A stretch of DNA of 63,970 bases, the filler included, from an uncultured bacterium (lineage in GTDB: Bacteria > CAZSTA01), in assembly GCA_964609495.1 (NCBI GenBank). It is 4 parts of 4 records of this genome, joined end to end, with 100 filler letters (N's around TTAATTAATTAA, not from the genome) between each part and the next. Parts side by side here need not be neighbours in the genome. Positions count along the whole stretch, not along the records: positions 1 to 16,292 come from CAZSTA010000071.1; 3 more parts are not named here. One strand, given 5' to 3'. Under the pieces are notes generated by a model. The model saw only the letters and a list, made by a program, of their open reading frames with translations, did not search any database and was not told where the DNA came from. The position numbers and the translations under genes are program-made. Below are positions 1 to 10,157 of this stretch, piece by piece; the first letter of the stretch is position 1; each line of letters begins with the position of its first letter.

Positions 1-2
1 AT

Positions 3-590
3 TGTCGTGACTATGATACGTATATGGAGCAATTGGAGGATAGCCTGAGAAGACTTCAAACCGATTATATCGATCTAGTCCAATTTCACGAGATAATTCA
101 TGAGGGGGAACCGGATAGGATATTCAACGAAAGAGCTATAGATGCAGCTGTTAAAGCAAGGGAACAGGGGAAGATTCGCTATATAGGCTTTACGGGTCAT
201 AAATGGCCGAAACTTCTTCTGGAGATGTTAGAAAAAGATTTTAAATGGGATACGGTCCAACTACCGTTAAACGTATTGGATTATCACTATAGGAGCTTTA
301 CCCATCAAGTTTTGCCCGAATTAGTCAAGAGGAATATAGGGATTCTTGGGATGAAGAGTGCAGGAGGAGGAGATATATTCAAATTAGGATTCTTAGAACC
401 GGAGGAGTGCACTCGTTACACTATGTCCTTGCCGGTATCAACAGTTGTAGCAGGTATGGATTCTTTGGAAGTCTTAGAGAAAAAATTAAAAACCGCTTCC
501 GAATTTTCCCCAATGTCCGAAGAGGAAAAATCTGAGTTGCTCGAGAAAACCAAACCTTATGCTGGCAAGTATGAACATTACAAGAAATAG
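3..590 (+). CDS. Aldo/keto reductase, 5' truncated at window edge
   Basis: SLRRLQTDYIDLVQFH and GKIRYIGFTGH motifs; frame is open back to position 3. Confidence 0.85.
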   Translation, partial: CRDYDTYMEQLEDSLRRLQTDYIDLVQFHEIIHEGEPDRIFNERAIDAAVKAREQGKIRYIGFTGHKWPKLLLEMLEKDFKWDTVQLPLNVLDYHYRSFTHQVLPELVKRNIGILGMKSAGGGDIFKLGFLEPEECTRYTMSLPVSTVVAGMDSLEVLEKKLKTASEFSPMSEEEKSELLEKTKPYAGKYEHYKK

Positions 591-698
591 TGAGACATAG
601 ACAGAAGTTTATCTCATTTAGAAGGTTCAGGACACTTCTTTCAGTATTTCCAATCCTTAGCTTGAAGGCTTAAGCCATATTCGATAAGGAAGGGAGAT

Positions 699-710
699 GA
701 TAACGTTATC
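699..710. promoter_or_regulatory. Palindromic operator, LacI-family-like
   Basis: Perfect 12-bp palindrome GATAACGTTATC about 60 bp upstream of a sugar ABC operon; LacI operators have a similar AAnCGnTT core. Confidence 0.45.
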
Positions 711-771
711 TGATATAGGTTGGGGAATAAAAGCAGTTTAAAAAAACACTACAGGGAGGTATAAAAGGAAG

Positions 772-2034
772 ATGAAAAAAGCGTTACTAAGCGTCCTAGC
801 TATTGCTCTACTCCTCATCGCCGGAGGAGCAATCGCTCAGGAGATCACCTTAGAGGTGTGGATGACTGATTTTAATGAGGATACGGTAGATCTATTCAAG
901 ACCAAATTGATCCCCGAGTTTGAGAAGAGATATCCAAATATCAAACTAAATGCGCAGTTCGTCAGTTGGGACGATTTCGATGTTAAGCTGATTACCTCCT
1001 TCGCCGCGGGAGTGAGCCCCGATGTATTCCAAGCTGGAACTGACTGGGCTGGCCGGGTATCGGAGGAGGAGCTATGTATCAAGCTAAACGATCGATTGGA
1101 GGAGTGGGGTCAGAAGGATGATTTCTATCCAGCCTCCTGGGAGGTAGTCGTCTGGAAGGGTGATGTCCTGGGAATACCAGCCTTGACTGCTCCTCGTCCC
1201 TTCATCTATCGCAAGGATATCTTCAGGGAGGTGGGATTGGATACGGAAAACCTGCCTCTGACTTGGGACTGGTTTGTAGATGCTACTAAGAAGTTGACCG
1301 TATATGATGAGCATGGTAAGATAACTAGAGCAGGTTTCGAAGCCCCCTCTTCAGGGATGTATGGATATCAGCAGTGGAGCCCCTTCTTCTGGCAGTTAGG
1401 AGGTAGATTCCTTAATGAGGATAATACCTCAGCAGTGAATGGCCCAGAAGGGGTAGAAGCTTTGGAGTTCTATGCCGATCTCTTCAACAAGCACAAAGTT
1501 GTTCCTCGCGCTGGGATGCAGGCTGAGGGTGGAGTTCCTCTCTTCCCTGGGGGAAAGATAGCGACTGCTTTCGGAGGAACTTGGATGCTTTCTCAGACGA
1601 AGAAGTATAAGCCCGATAAGTATGGTGAGATCGGGGTAGAACCATGTCTTAAGAATAAAGAGCAGTGGGGGGCAGTATTCACCGATTGGATGGGATTATC
1701 CACCCAAAGCAAGCATCCCGATGAGGCTTGGGATTTCATCACTTTCTTTATGGAGATGGATAACCTGAATGCTTATAATGCTACTATGTTCTTCTTGCCA
1801 CCCATCAAATCAGCCGCTACTTCGGAATATATGCAAGATCCTCTTCTTCAGAAGTATGCGGAGAGTATGGCTTTTATGAGGAACTATCCTCTTCTTCCTG
1901 AGTTCACTAAATTCAGAATAGAGTTAGGAGATGCTTTGGAGCAAGCGATCTATGAGCGAAAAAGTGCCAAACAGACTTTAGATGACTTCGCGGAGAAGTT
2001 CAATAAGGAGTTGAAGAAGAGAGTCAGCGATTAA
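772..2034 (+). CDS. Carbohydrate ABC transporter substrate-binding protein
   Basis: Signal peptide; EFEKRYPNIKLN, PDVFQ, YRKDIF and PLTWD motifs; adjacent to two permeases. Confidence 0.9.
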   Translation: MKKALLSVLAIALLLIAGGAIAQEITLEVWMTDFNEDTVDLFKTKLIPEFEKRYPNIKLNAQFVSWDDFDVKLITSFAAGVSPDVFQAGTDWAGRVSEEELCIKLNDRLEEWGQKDDFYPASWEVVVWKGDVLGIPALTAPRPFIYRKDIFREVGLDTENLPLTWDWFVDATKKLTVYDEHGKITRAGFEAPSSGMYGYQQWSPFFWQLGGRFLNEDNTSAVNGPEGVEALEFYADLFNKHKVVPRAGMQAEGGVPLFPGGKIATAFGGTWMLSQTKKYKPDKYGEIGVEPCLKNKEQWGAVFTDWMGLSTQSKHPDEAWDFITFFMEMDNLNAYNATMFFLPPIKSAATSEYMQDPLLQKYAESMAFMRNYPLLPEFTKFRIELGDALEQAIYERKSAKQTLDDFAEKFNKELKKRVSD

Positions 2035-2048
2035 ATCGTCTTGATCTT

Positions 2049-2079
2049 TGGTGGTCAGGTCCTTACGATCTGACCACCA
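2049..2079 (+). terminator. Intergenic stem-loop after the binding-protein gene
   Basis: TGGTGGTCAG...CTGACCACCA inverted repeat; no strong U-tract, so it may be an mRNA stabiliser. Confidence 0.5.
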
Positions 2080-2123
2080 TAAATTATTACTCGACAATTC
2101 TCATAAAGGAGAAAGGGATCACA

Positions 2124-3023
2124 ATGGCTTTAGTACGTAAAAGATCGAGCGGTATAGAGAGAAGCCAGGCTCGAGCAGCCTATATTTTCTTAATTCCAGT
2201 GATGCTTCTTTTTTTGGTGCTGGCTATAATACCTATGTTTGCCGCCCTGTATTTGAGCTTCACCAGATATAATGTCTTCAGACCTGCTCAGTGGATAGGT
2301 TGGGAAAATTATCGCTCTTTGCTCGAGGAAGAGATCTTCATTCAATCCATCAAAAACACTATTTACTACGTAGTGGGGACTGTTCCTGCTTCGATGATTA
2401 TCGCCTTAGCTTTAGCTCTTCTGCTTAATCGGAAGATCAGGGGGCGAATAGTTTATCGAACTATCTATTTTCTTCCCACTATAATCTCTATGGTTGCTGT
2501 ATCTATGATCTGGATGTGGCTCTTCAACTCTCAGAGTGGATTGTTAAATAAATATATAGTAAAGCTAGGGATAGCCCCGCAGGACTGGCTGGGCGATCCG
2601 AGATTGGCTATGCCCTCGATCATAGTTATGAGCATTTGGAAAGGGCTTGGCTATAACGTTGTGATCTACTTGGCGGGCCTGCAAGGGATCCCTGAGTATC
2701 TCTATGAGGCGGCGACTATAGATGGAGCTAATGAGTGGGGATATTTTCGCCATATAACTTTGCCTCTTCTTAAACCCACTACTCTATTTATTCTGGTGAT
2801 CTCCTGCATCGGCGCCTTTCAGGTGTTCGAGCAAATCTACATTATGACTCAAGGAGGTCCGATTAATTCCACCACCACTATGGTGCATCAGATATATCAG
2901 CATGCCTTTCAATTTTTGGAGATGGGTTATGCCTCGGCTATGTCTTTCATCTTATTTGGGGCGATACTCATTCTATCCTTGATTAATATGAGGGTTTTAG
3001 GGTCCGATGCTGAATACTTATAG
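2124..3023 (+). CDS. Carbohydrate ABC transporter permease (MalF-like)
   Basis: Multiple TM segments; EAA motif LYEAATIDGA. Confidence 0.92.
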   Translation: MALVRKRSSGIERSQARAAYIFLIPVMLLFLVLAIIPMFAALYLSFTRYNVFRPAQWIGWENYRSLLEEEIFIQSIKNTIYYVVGTVPASMIIALALALLLNRKIRGRIVYRTIYFLPTIISMVAVSMIWMWLFNSQSGLLNKYIVKLGIAPQDWLGDPRLAMPSIIVMSIWKGLGYNVVIYLAGLQGIPEYLYEAATIDGANEWGYFRHITLPLLKPTTLFILVISCIGAFQVFEQIYIMTQGGPINSTTTMVHQIYQHAFQFLEMGYASAMSFILFGAILILSLINMRVLGSDAEYL

Positions 3024-3879
3024 AAGAAAAGGATGGACGATCATTCAATTAATATTAGCGCTGGGAGCTTTAACTATGCTCTTCCCTTTGCTTTGGACTA
3101 TTTCCACCTCTCTTAAATCTCCGGAGCAGATGGGTAGCGATCCCGGCGCGTGGCTTCCCAATCCTTGGATGTGGAGCAATTATGTAAAGGCTATGAAGGT
3201 GGTCCCCTTCGGTCGTTACTTTTTCAACTCCACGGTAGTTACGATCTCTAAAGTGATTTTGCGCCTCTTCTTATGCTCCTTGGGAGGATATACTTTTGCT
3301 CGCCTTAGATTCAAAGGCCGCGAATTTATTTTTATCATCATCCTAGCCACAATGATGATCCCCTGGCAGGTGACTCTAATTCCGGTATTCATCATCCTGA
3401 AAAAGATGCCCTTTTTTGGAGGGAATAACGCTTTCGGGGTAGGAGGGACAGGATGGATAAATACCTATTGGTCATTGATCATACCTGGAGCAGTCGATGC
3501 CTTCGGCATCTTTTTGATGAGGCAGTTCTTCAAAATACTTCCCAAAGCCTTGGAGGATGCCGCGCGAATAGATGGAGCTAGCGAGTTCGGGATCTATTGG
3601 CGAATTATGTTACCTTTAGCTAAACCAGCTTTGACTACGCTAGGGATCTTAACTTTCACCCAGACCTGGAATTTCTTTCTCTGGCCCCTTATTGTTACTA
3701 CTACCGATTCGATGCGCACAGTTCAATTAGGGCTGACTGTATTCAGGAGTCAATATGATATAGAGTGGAATCTACTTATGGCCGCGGTGGTAGTGATCAC
3801 CTTGCCTATCTTATTCGTATTTACTCTTGGGCAAAGATATTTCGTTCAAGGAATCGCCCTTACCGGAATGAAGGGATAG
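3007..3879 (+). CDS. Carbohydrate ABC transporter permease (MalG-like)
   Basis: LEDAARIDGAS motif; WNFFLWPL; TM segments. Confidence 0.92.
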   Translation: MLNTYRRKGWTIIQLILALGALTMLFPLLWTISTSLKSPEQMGSDPGAWLPNPWMWSNYVKAMKVVPFGRYFFNSTVVTISKVILRLFLCSLGGYTFARLRFKGREFIFIIILATMMIPWQVTLIPVFIILKKMPFFGGNNAFGVGGTGWINTYWSLIIPGAVDAFGIFLMRQFFKILPKALEDAARIDGASEFGIYWRIMLPLAKPALTTLGILTFTQTWNFFLWPLIVTTTDSMRTVQLGLTVFRSQYDIEWNLLMAAVVVITLPILFVFTLGQRYFVQGIALTGMKG

Positions 3880-3930
3880 TCTATAAAATTATCTACTTAA
3901 AGGATAATTTGCTGGACGATATGACCTAAT

Positions 3931-3960
3931 AGTCGGTTGGGTAAACCGGCTTATTTTTTT
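3931..3960 (+). terminator. Rho-independent terminator
   Basis: AGTCGGTT-loop-AACCGGCT stem followed by a T-tract. Confidence 0.7.
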
Positions 3961-3979
3961 GAAGCGGAGATATCTTTTA

Positions 3980-4036
3980 TAAATCACCCTCCCCTAACTT
4001 CTCTCCCATTAAAGGAGGGGAAAATAAAAGGGTGAG
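3980..4036 (+). repeat. Degenerate BoxC-like hairpin repeat (family B)
   Basis: TAAATCACCCTCCCCTAAC...CCCATTAAAGGAGGGG matches the copies at 14109, 24845 and 48290. Confidence 0.65.
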
Positions 4037-4065
4037 AAGCATTGTATCTAAAAGAAGGTAATCCT

Positions 4066-5304
4066 ATGTCATCAGAAGAGAACAAGCCCATCTTCCAACG
4101 TCGGAAAGCAGTCGATGAGGCGACTGAAGCAAAACTGAAAGCGATCGATAAGGCGACGCTGACGCTCCTTGTGCGGCGCGCTCTGGGCTGTGAAACAGTT
4201 GAGGTTATCGATTGGGACTATCAAGAGCTCCATGGTGGCGCTAGCGGTTCGAGAGTATATCGCCTCGCCGGGAGCGGACAGGATCGGGGAGATACGATTC
4301 CATGGTCGCTCATCCTCAAAGTCATCCATCCATCGACTGATATCAATATTGATAGCGATAATCTATCTAGCTTTGTATACTGGAAGCGTGAGCCGCTCGC
4401 TTATGAATCGGGGTTGCTGGACGACTTGCCCGGTAGTCTGGTGGCGCCGGAGTGTTTCGGTATCGTCGAGCAGCCAGGTGAGGAGGTCTGGATCTGGCTC
4501 GAGGAGGTCACGGACGAGATTGGGCCGCGATGGCCCTTGGAGCGCTATGGTATCGCCGCGCGTCACTTAGGTCAGTTCAATGGCGCATACCTGGCTGGGC
4601 AGCCGTTGCCACCCTACCCATGGCTGAGTAGGGGGTGGGTGCGGACGCCGCCTCATTTTGTTCGTGATCGGACTGTCTCTGGAATCGCTAAACTCCGCAG
4701 TTCTCTGGAGAACCCGCTGGTGCACCGCTGGTTTCCAGCCGATAGCGCTGATCGTCTCCTTCGTCTCTGGGAGGAGCGCGAGATGTTACTCGACGCCTTC
4801 GATCGCCTGCCCCAAACCCTCTGTCACCATGATGCATTTCGTCGTAACCTGTTTGTGCGACGCAGTGCAGATGGTCGTGATCAGACCGTGGCTGTTGATT
4901 GGGCATTTGTGGGAAAAGGAATGATCGGGGAAGAGATAGTGACCCTTGTTCAGACGAGCCTCTTCTTCCAGGAGGCCGATCTAGCTGAGGCGCCGGAGCT
5001 AGATGAAATTGCCTTCGAGGGTTACTTGGAGGGACTGCGTGACGCCGGCTGGCGCGGCGATCCGCGAATGGTGCGGTTTGGCTACACAGCCGCATCGGCC
5101 TTACGCAACGTCAGTGGCATGGGGGCAGCTATACCCTTCCTGCTCGACGAGAGCCGATACGTTCAGATGGAGCAGAGGATGGGGCGTCCAATCGAGGAGA
5201 TGATGAATTTCTTTGCTGAGACGGTTCGTCTTATGCTCAACTTGGGGGACGAAGCGCGGGAACTGCTAGACTCCCTTCGATTTTTGGATAAGACGGGAAA
5301 GTAA
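4066..5304 (+). CDS. Aminoglycoside phosphotransferase/choline kinase family protein
   Basis: HHDAFRRNLF catalytic loop and VDW metal-binding motif; ATG at 4066 chosen. Confidence 0.8.
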   Translation: MSSEENKPIFQRRKAVDEATEAKLKAIDKATLTLLVRRALGCETVEVIDWDYQELHGGASGSRVYRLAGSGQDRGDTIPWSLILKVIHPSTDINIDSDNLSSFVYWKREPLAYESGLLDDLPGSLVAPECFGIVEQPGEEVWIWLEEVTDEIGPRWPLERYGIAARHLGQFNGAYLAGQPLPPYPWLSRGWVRTPPHFVRDRTVSGIAKLRSSLENPLVHRWFPADSADRLLRLWEEREMLLDAFDRLPQTLCHHDAFRRNLFVRRSADGRDQTVAVDWAFVGKGMIGEEIVTLVQTSLFFQEADLAEAPELDEIAFEGYLEGLRDAGWRGDPRMVRFGYTAASALRNVSGMGAAIPFLLDESRYVQMEQRMGRPIEEMMNFFAETVRLMLNLGDEARELLDSLRFLDKTGK

Positions 5305-5368
5305 GACAAAATAGTCATTACTGTTGAGGCAACTTTAATTTTCCCTTAGCGAAAAAAGGAGGCTGAAA

Positions 5369-6466
5369 ATGTCTGACCAAGTTCGTGTTGGTGTTATCAG
5401 CACAAGTTGGTGGGTGGATCTGGTGCACTGCCCCTACTTCAAGAGTCATCCTCGTGCGGAGCTTGTCGCCATTTGTGGTCGTAACCGTGACCGTGCTGAA
5501 AGGATGGCAAAGAAGTATGAGATCCCCCTCGTTTTCACCGATTACCGAGAAATGATTGAGAAGGGAGGCTTGGACGCGATCGTGGTCGCTACGCCCGATG
5601 ATCTGCATTACCCAATGACGATGGATGCCTTGGACGCTGGTCTTAATGTGATATGCGAAAAGCCGATGGCAACGAATGCTGAACAGGCTAGAGAAATGTA
5701 TGAAAAGGCCGAGGCAAGGGGCGTCAAGCATATGCTCTTCTTCGAATTTCGTTGGATGCCTCATCACCGATACTTGGGGGAGCTGATGAGCGAGGGCTAC
5801 ATCGGACGTGGCTTTCATTGTTATGTTCGCTGGCTACTTGGATATGCCCGCAGTGGTCGGTATGCGTGGAGACTCGATCGTCGCCGGGCAAATGGCGTTT
5901 TGGGCGATCTCGGATCACATATGATCGATCTTGCCCGATGGTATATGGGAGATGTCGCCAAAGTGAGCGCGAATCTGAGCACTTTCGTTGAGCGGTCTGA
6001 AGCTGAAAGTCAACCCCTTGATCAGGCGAATGACTCGGCTCTGCTTATCCTCGAGTTCGAGAACGGCGCGCAGGGGATAGTTCACGTCAGCGCTGTAGCG
6101 CACGTGGGTGATCGCGGACAGGAGCAGTATATTACTCTGCATGGTGAAGCAGGGACGCTTGAAACCGCCTTCATTCCAACAGGTGAAGATATAGTTATGG
6201 AGGTTCGCGGCGCCCGAAAGGATGAGGAACGCATTAGAAAGCTTCCCATCCCTGAACATATTAAGGGAGATGTGGATGGAAGCAAACCATCGTGGTTACT
6301 CCAAGTGGGTGGCAAGCAAGCCGTTGATGTATTTGTCAATTCCATCATAGAGGATCGACCTATATCCCCTAGCTTCTATGATGGGCTTAAGGTGCAAGAG
6401 ATAATTGATGCGGCAATTGAGTCTGATCGGAGAGGGTGTTGGATCTCATTACAAGGAGGGAGGTGA
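5369..6466 (+). CDS. Gfo/Idh/MocA family oxidoreductase
   Basis: VVATPDDLH, CEKPMA and LGDLGSHMIDL motifs; SD AAGGAGG. Confidence 0.92.
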   Translation: MSDQVRVGVISTSWWVDLVHCPYFKSHPRAELVAICGRNRDRAERMAKKYEIPLVFTDYREMIEKGGLDAIVVATPDDLHYPMTMDALDAGLNVICEKPMATNAEQAREMYEKAEARGVKHMLFFEFRWMPHHRYLGELMSEGYIGRGFHCYVRWLLGYARSGRYAWRLDRRRANGVLGDLGSHMIDLARWYMGDVAKVSANLSTFVERSEAESQPLDQANDSALLILEFENGAQGIVHVSAVAHVGDRGQEQYITLHGEAGTLETAFIPTGEDIVMEVRGARKDEERIRKLPIPEHIKGDVDGSKPSWLLQVGGKQAVDVFVNSIIEDRPISPSFYDGLKVQEIIDAAIESDRRGCWISLQGGR

Positions 6467-6484
6467 CATTATAGACACCGATAC

Positions 6485-6684
6485 GTTAGTGAGTTCAGGA
6501 TATAATAGTCTATACCTCGTATTATCCCCTCACCCTAGCCCTCTCCCACGAGGGGAGAGGGAACACTGAGATTGAACTAAAGCCCTCTAGTCCCCCCTCC
6601 CTCGATGGGAGGGGGTTAGGGGGAGGGTGGTATATTTCCCTTGAATATCCCAGACAAAATAGTCCTAAACTTTTTCCAAACTAC
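6485..6684 (-). mobile_element. Family B MITE carrying BoxC-like hairpins, reverse orientation
   Basis: CCCCTCACCCTAGCCCTCTCCCACGAGGGGAGAGGG plus a second hairpin; ends in AAACTAC like the other copies. Confidence 0.7.
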
Positions 6685-6749
6685 AATTTTCGATAATATT
6701 ATGTTATAATATTGATAGTCGGAGTTAGTTTTATAGAGGGGGGAAACAA

Positions 6750-9700
6750 ATGTCTAGAATAAAGATTATATCTATCTCTTTAGTGGTATTAACTGCTATA
6801 TTAGTGAGCGAGGCGGTATGGGCTGATACTCCTTTCCCCGAGATCAAGATAGGGAAGAAGGTTTATGTTGTAGGTGTTCCCGATGTTTATGATGACGTTC
6901 TCCCCCAGATCGAGAAGTATGAAAGAGCTACTTATGGAGATAGGAAGTTAGATTTAAATTTAGATTACCTCGTGGTTATAGTAAAGGATGCCGGAGGTAA
7001 TGCTCAGGAATATGGAGATAGATTGTATGAGAAATGGATTGGCTCTGATCTGATCGATCCCGATCGTCATATCTTGATAACAGTGGGGATAGATGACAGG
7101 GAGATATCAGTTCACCCTGGGGTGGAGCTACAGACGCTTGGCTTCAGCGGAAGTGCAATAGATTCTCAGGTGGTGCAACCAGTATTTATCCCTCAGGCAA
7201 GAAGCGGGAATATCGAGAGGGGATTGGTTCTCCTTATAGATGGGATCTTCAATTGGATCGGAAATGCGGAGGAAACGATCATAATCGCTCAAGAGGAGCA
7301 GAGGAGAACTTATGAGAAGAGGTCGGAGGAGGTAAGAGATCTGTTAGACGAGACTGACGCTCTCATAAGGACAAAGCGAGAAGAGGGTTTAATCTTCGAG
7401 GTTCCAGCTAGCTTTTTAGATGTCGAAAGGAGGATAACCGATTCTCAGGCAACTATAGATGAGTTAGAGAGGATAGCTTTTTCCCTACAGGAGGTCGGGG
7501 ATAGTGTCGCCGAGGCAGAGGAACTACGTGAGAGAGCTAAGAGCGGAGTCGCTGAAGTTAAAAAGGAATCGGAGCGAATAGAAGCGCTATTTAAGGATAA
7601 TTCCGATCTTCAATTGGATGAAGCGAAGGGATATTATGATCAAGCTCATAGTAAGTTAGAGGAGGCTATAGCAAATCTCGATGAGGATTATAATTCGAGT
7701 ATCAAATCCTCCAATGATGCTATGTGGTATCTGAGATTAGCTCAAGATGGAGTTAATACGAAGAGAAGGAACAGGCTTGCTATGAATATCTTAAAGATAT
7801 CTATCCTCATCATAGCTTTAGCTATCCTAGGAGTTATATACTTGATCCTATTGAGACGTCATAATCGTGAGAAGAAGGAAGCTTCCGATAAGATTCAACA
7901 GTGGGATACCGACCTTAAGAACGCTAGCCAGAGGTTTTTGCATCTCCAAGAGGAGTATAAATGGTTTCCATTTTCTACCCCAGGGGAAAGCAAGGAGTTC
8001 ACCGGGGTTACTCAAGAGATCTACACTCAGGTAGGAGAAAAGGTCGATGAGATAGTCCTCAAGCTTGATAGGGCCGATCAATTGCTCTCCTCCGCCAGAG
8101 AACTGTTCGAGAAGCAATCTTTTGTAGGGATCGGTAACTATAGAAAGATTATGGAAATGTTGACTGAGGAGGAGATAGTTATCGATACTGAGGATGCCAG
8201 CGCCTCTTATGATCTATTCTCTCCCCTTAAACGAGAGATAAAATCCTCTGCTCAGGAGCTTTTGGGAATGATGGGAGATCTTTATAAGCAGGTTAGAGAG
8301 GATTTAGACAAGATCTCTTCCGCAGGAAGGGAGAGTGGAGAGCAATTCGTCGAGATAGAGAAGCTTAGAGATGATCTTAACGAGCATATAAAAGAGGCTG
8401 AAGGAAAGGGATTGAATACGGATGGATTCGAGGAATGGATAGGGGAAGTTGATGTTGAAGTTATGGAGGCAAAGGAGCTTGAGAGCGATCCAGTAGGAAC
8501 TTTAGAGAGGGCTATCGCTGTTAGAGAGACGCTTGCGGAAAGGACGTCCATTGTAAAGAGTGCTTTAGAGCAGATTGAGATCCTAAAGCCTCTTCAAGTC
8601 GAGGTGAAGGATTTATCAGATAGAGTAGTTCAGCTCAGAGGTCAAGGTTTGATGCTGGACGAGGAGGGATGGAAACCGGATAGATTATTAGTCTATTCTC
8701 AAGCTAAATTGGAGGCAGGCAAATCTCTCTTAGAGTGCGGGCAGATAGAGGAAGCAGAGGAGGACTTAGAGGAAGCTCAGGGATCCTATAAGGAGGCGCT
8801 ATTTAGAGTCGATAGAACGCTCGAAGCCGCAGAGAAGGTGGAGGGAGAGATAGCTCGGGTTGAGGAGGGGTTTAAGAAGCTCGAACCCAGATCAAGAGAT
8901 ATGCTGGACCTCCTTCAGGATCTCAAAGATAAATACGCTCTTGATAGTTTTTTAGCGGAGATCAACAATGATGATGAAGTGCTTATGAATCTAAAAGATC
9001 TCATAAGGATTATCGAGGGGGCTAAATCTGAAAGTGATAAAGAGGTACAGAACTACATCACCGCGATGGCGATGGTTGAAAGAGCTGATGAGATGATAAA
9101 TTTGACCTCCCGCTTGATCGCTGAGGTCAGTCAAAAGCTGACGGAATTAGAGCAGAAAGCTCAAGATTCTCAGAGGAGATTCGAGGAGATCGGGAAGAAG
9201 ATAGATGATTTAGACAGCTATATCCAAGAACATAGTTTCGAGGTCTCAGAAGAGATCGAGGGACTCGCTGCACCTCTTCGGGACAAGCTTCAAGAGATAC
9301 CTCGGTATATGCAGGTGAAAAGACCAGATTGGGAGGAGGTGGAGAGATATCTCGATGAGGTGGAGGAAGATATAGAGGAGGTGAGAGCTGAAGCTCAAGC
9401 TGAGATCGATTCCTTCGATAAGTTGAAAGGGATGTTGCCCCAAGCTCAAGCTAGAGTGCAAAATGTTATAGCTTTCCTGAATAGTGAAGGTGGCGATACC
9501 GAGGCTGAGAACAACCTAGCTCTTAATGCTCAGGCGATAATCTCCGAGGCTGTTAGATTGTTCGGACAGCCGAGATCATCCTGGGATATTATCATCGAAA
9601 GTGTTTTAGAGGCTATGATGGCTCTGGATAAAGCGGAGAAGATGGCTAAGGAATCAATAGCTTTAGAGGAAAAAGCCAGGCGAGAGATCCGAGAGGCTGA

Positions 9701-10091
9701 GAATATTATCCTTAAAGCGGATGTTAGATATAAGCACCGAATAAGGGCTGATCTGAGAGGAGCTAGAGGGAAACTTCGAGATGCTAGGAAAGCTCTGATC
9801 TCCAGCACAATAGAGGGATATAAGAAGGCGATACTTTTAGCCAATGAGGCGGAAAGATATGCCAATGAGGCTAAGGGGAGAGCTTTAGCAGAAGTGAGGG
9901 CTCAGGATCGTAGGATTGAGCAGAGGCGCAGAGAGGAGGCAAGGAGAAAAGAGAGAGCTAGGATTAGTTCCCGAAGAGCCAGCAGTATATTCAAGTCTAG
10001 TAGTTCTAGTTCCTCTTGGCGATCTAGCTCATCTTCTTCTCGTAGCTCTTGGAGTTCCTCTTCTTCCGGTTCCTCGCGAAGCTCTTGGTAA
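6750..10091 (+). CDS. Large membrane protein: signal peptide, TPM-like domain, TM helix, long coiled coil, Ser/Trp-rich tail
   Basis: N-terminal YLVVIV...EYGDRLYEKW...ILITVGIDDREISV resembles TPM; TM near aa 345-367; heptad-rich; ends SSSSSGSSRSSW. Confidence 0.7.
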   Translation: MSRIKIISISLVVLTAILVSEAVWADTPFPEIKIGKKVYVVGVPDVYDDVLPQIEKYERATYGDRKLDLNLDYLVVIVKDAGGNAQEYGDRLYEKWIGSDLIDPDRHILITVGIDDREISVHPGVELQTLGFSGSAIDSQVVQPVFIPQARSGNIERGLVLLIDGIFNWIGNAEETIIIAQEEQRRTYEKRSEEVRDLLDETDALIRTKREEGLIFEVPASFLDVERRITDSQATIDELERIAFSLQEVGDSVAEAEELRERAKSGVAEVKKESERIEALFKDNSDLQLDEAKGYYDQAHSKLEEAIANLDEDYNSSIKSSNDAMWYLRLAQDGVNTKRRNRLAMNILKISILIIALAILGVIYLILLRRHNREKKEASDKIQQWDTDLKNASQRFLHLQEEYKWFPFSTPGESKEFTGVTQEIYTQVGEKVDEIVLKLDRADQLLSSARELFEKQSFVGIGNYRKIMEMLTEEEIVIDTEDASASYDLFSPLKREIKSSAQELLGMMGDLYKQVREDLDKISSAGRESGEQFVEIEKLRDDLNEHIKEAEGKGLNTDGFEEWIGEVDVEVMEAKELESDPVGTLERAIAVRETLAERTSIVKSALEQIEILKPLQVEVKDLSDRVVQLRGQGLMLDEEGWKPDRLLVYSQAKLEAGKSLLECGQIEEAEEDLEEAQGSYKEALFRVDRTLEAAEKVEGEIARVEEGFKKLEPRSRDMLDLLQDLKDKYALDSFLAEINNDDEVLMNLKDLIRIIEGAKSESDKEVQNYITAMAMVERADEMINLTSRLIAEVSQKLTELEQKAQDSQRRFEEIGKKIDDLDSYIQEHSFEVSEEIEGLAAPLRDKLQEIPRYMQVKRPDWEEVERYLDEVEEDIEEVRAEAQAEIDSFDKLKGMLPQAQARVQNVIAFLNSEGGDTEAENNLALNAQAIISEAVRLFGQPRSSWDIIIESVLEAMMALDKAEKMAKESIALEEKARREIREAENIILKADVRYKHRIRADLRGARGKLRDARKALISSTIEGYKKAILLANEAERYANEAKGRALAEVRAQDRRIEQRRREEARRKERARISSRRASSIFKSSSSSSSWRSSSSSSRSSWSSSSSGSSRSSW

Positions 10092-10157
10092 TAACGATGA
10101 TCTAACCTCTATTGCAGATCTCTTCCCTAAGCCAAAATTTAAGTTTAGGGGTAGGAG

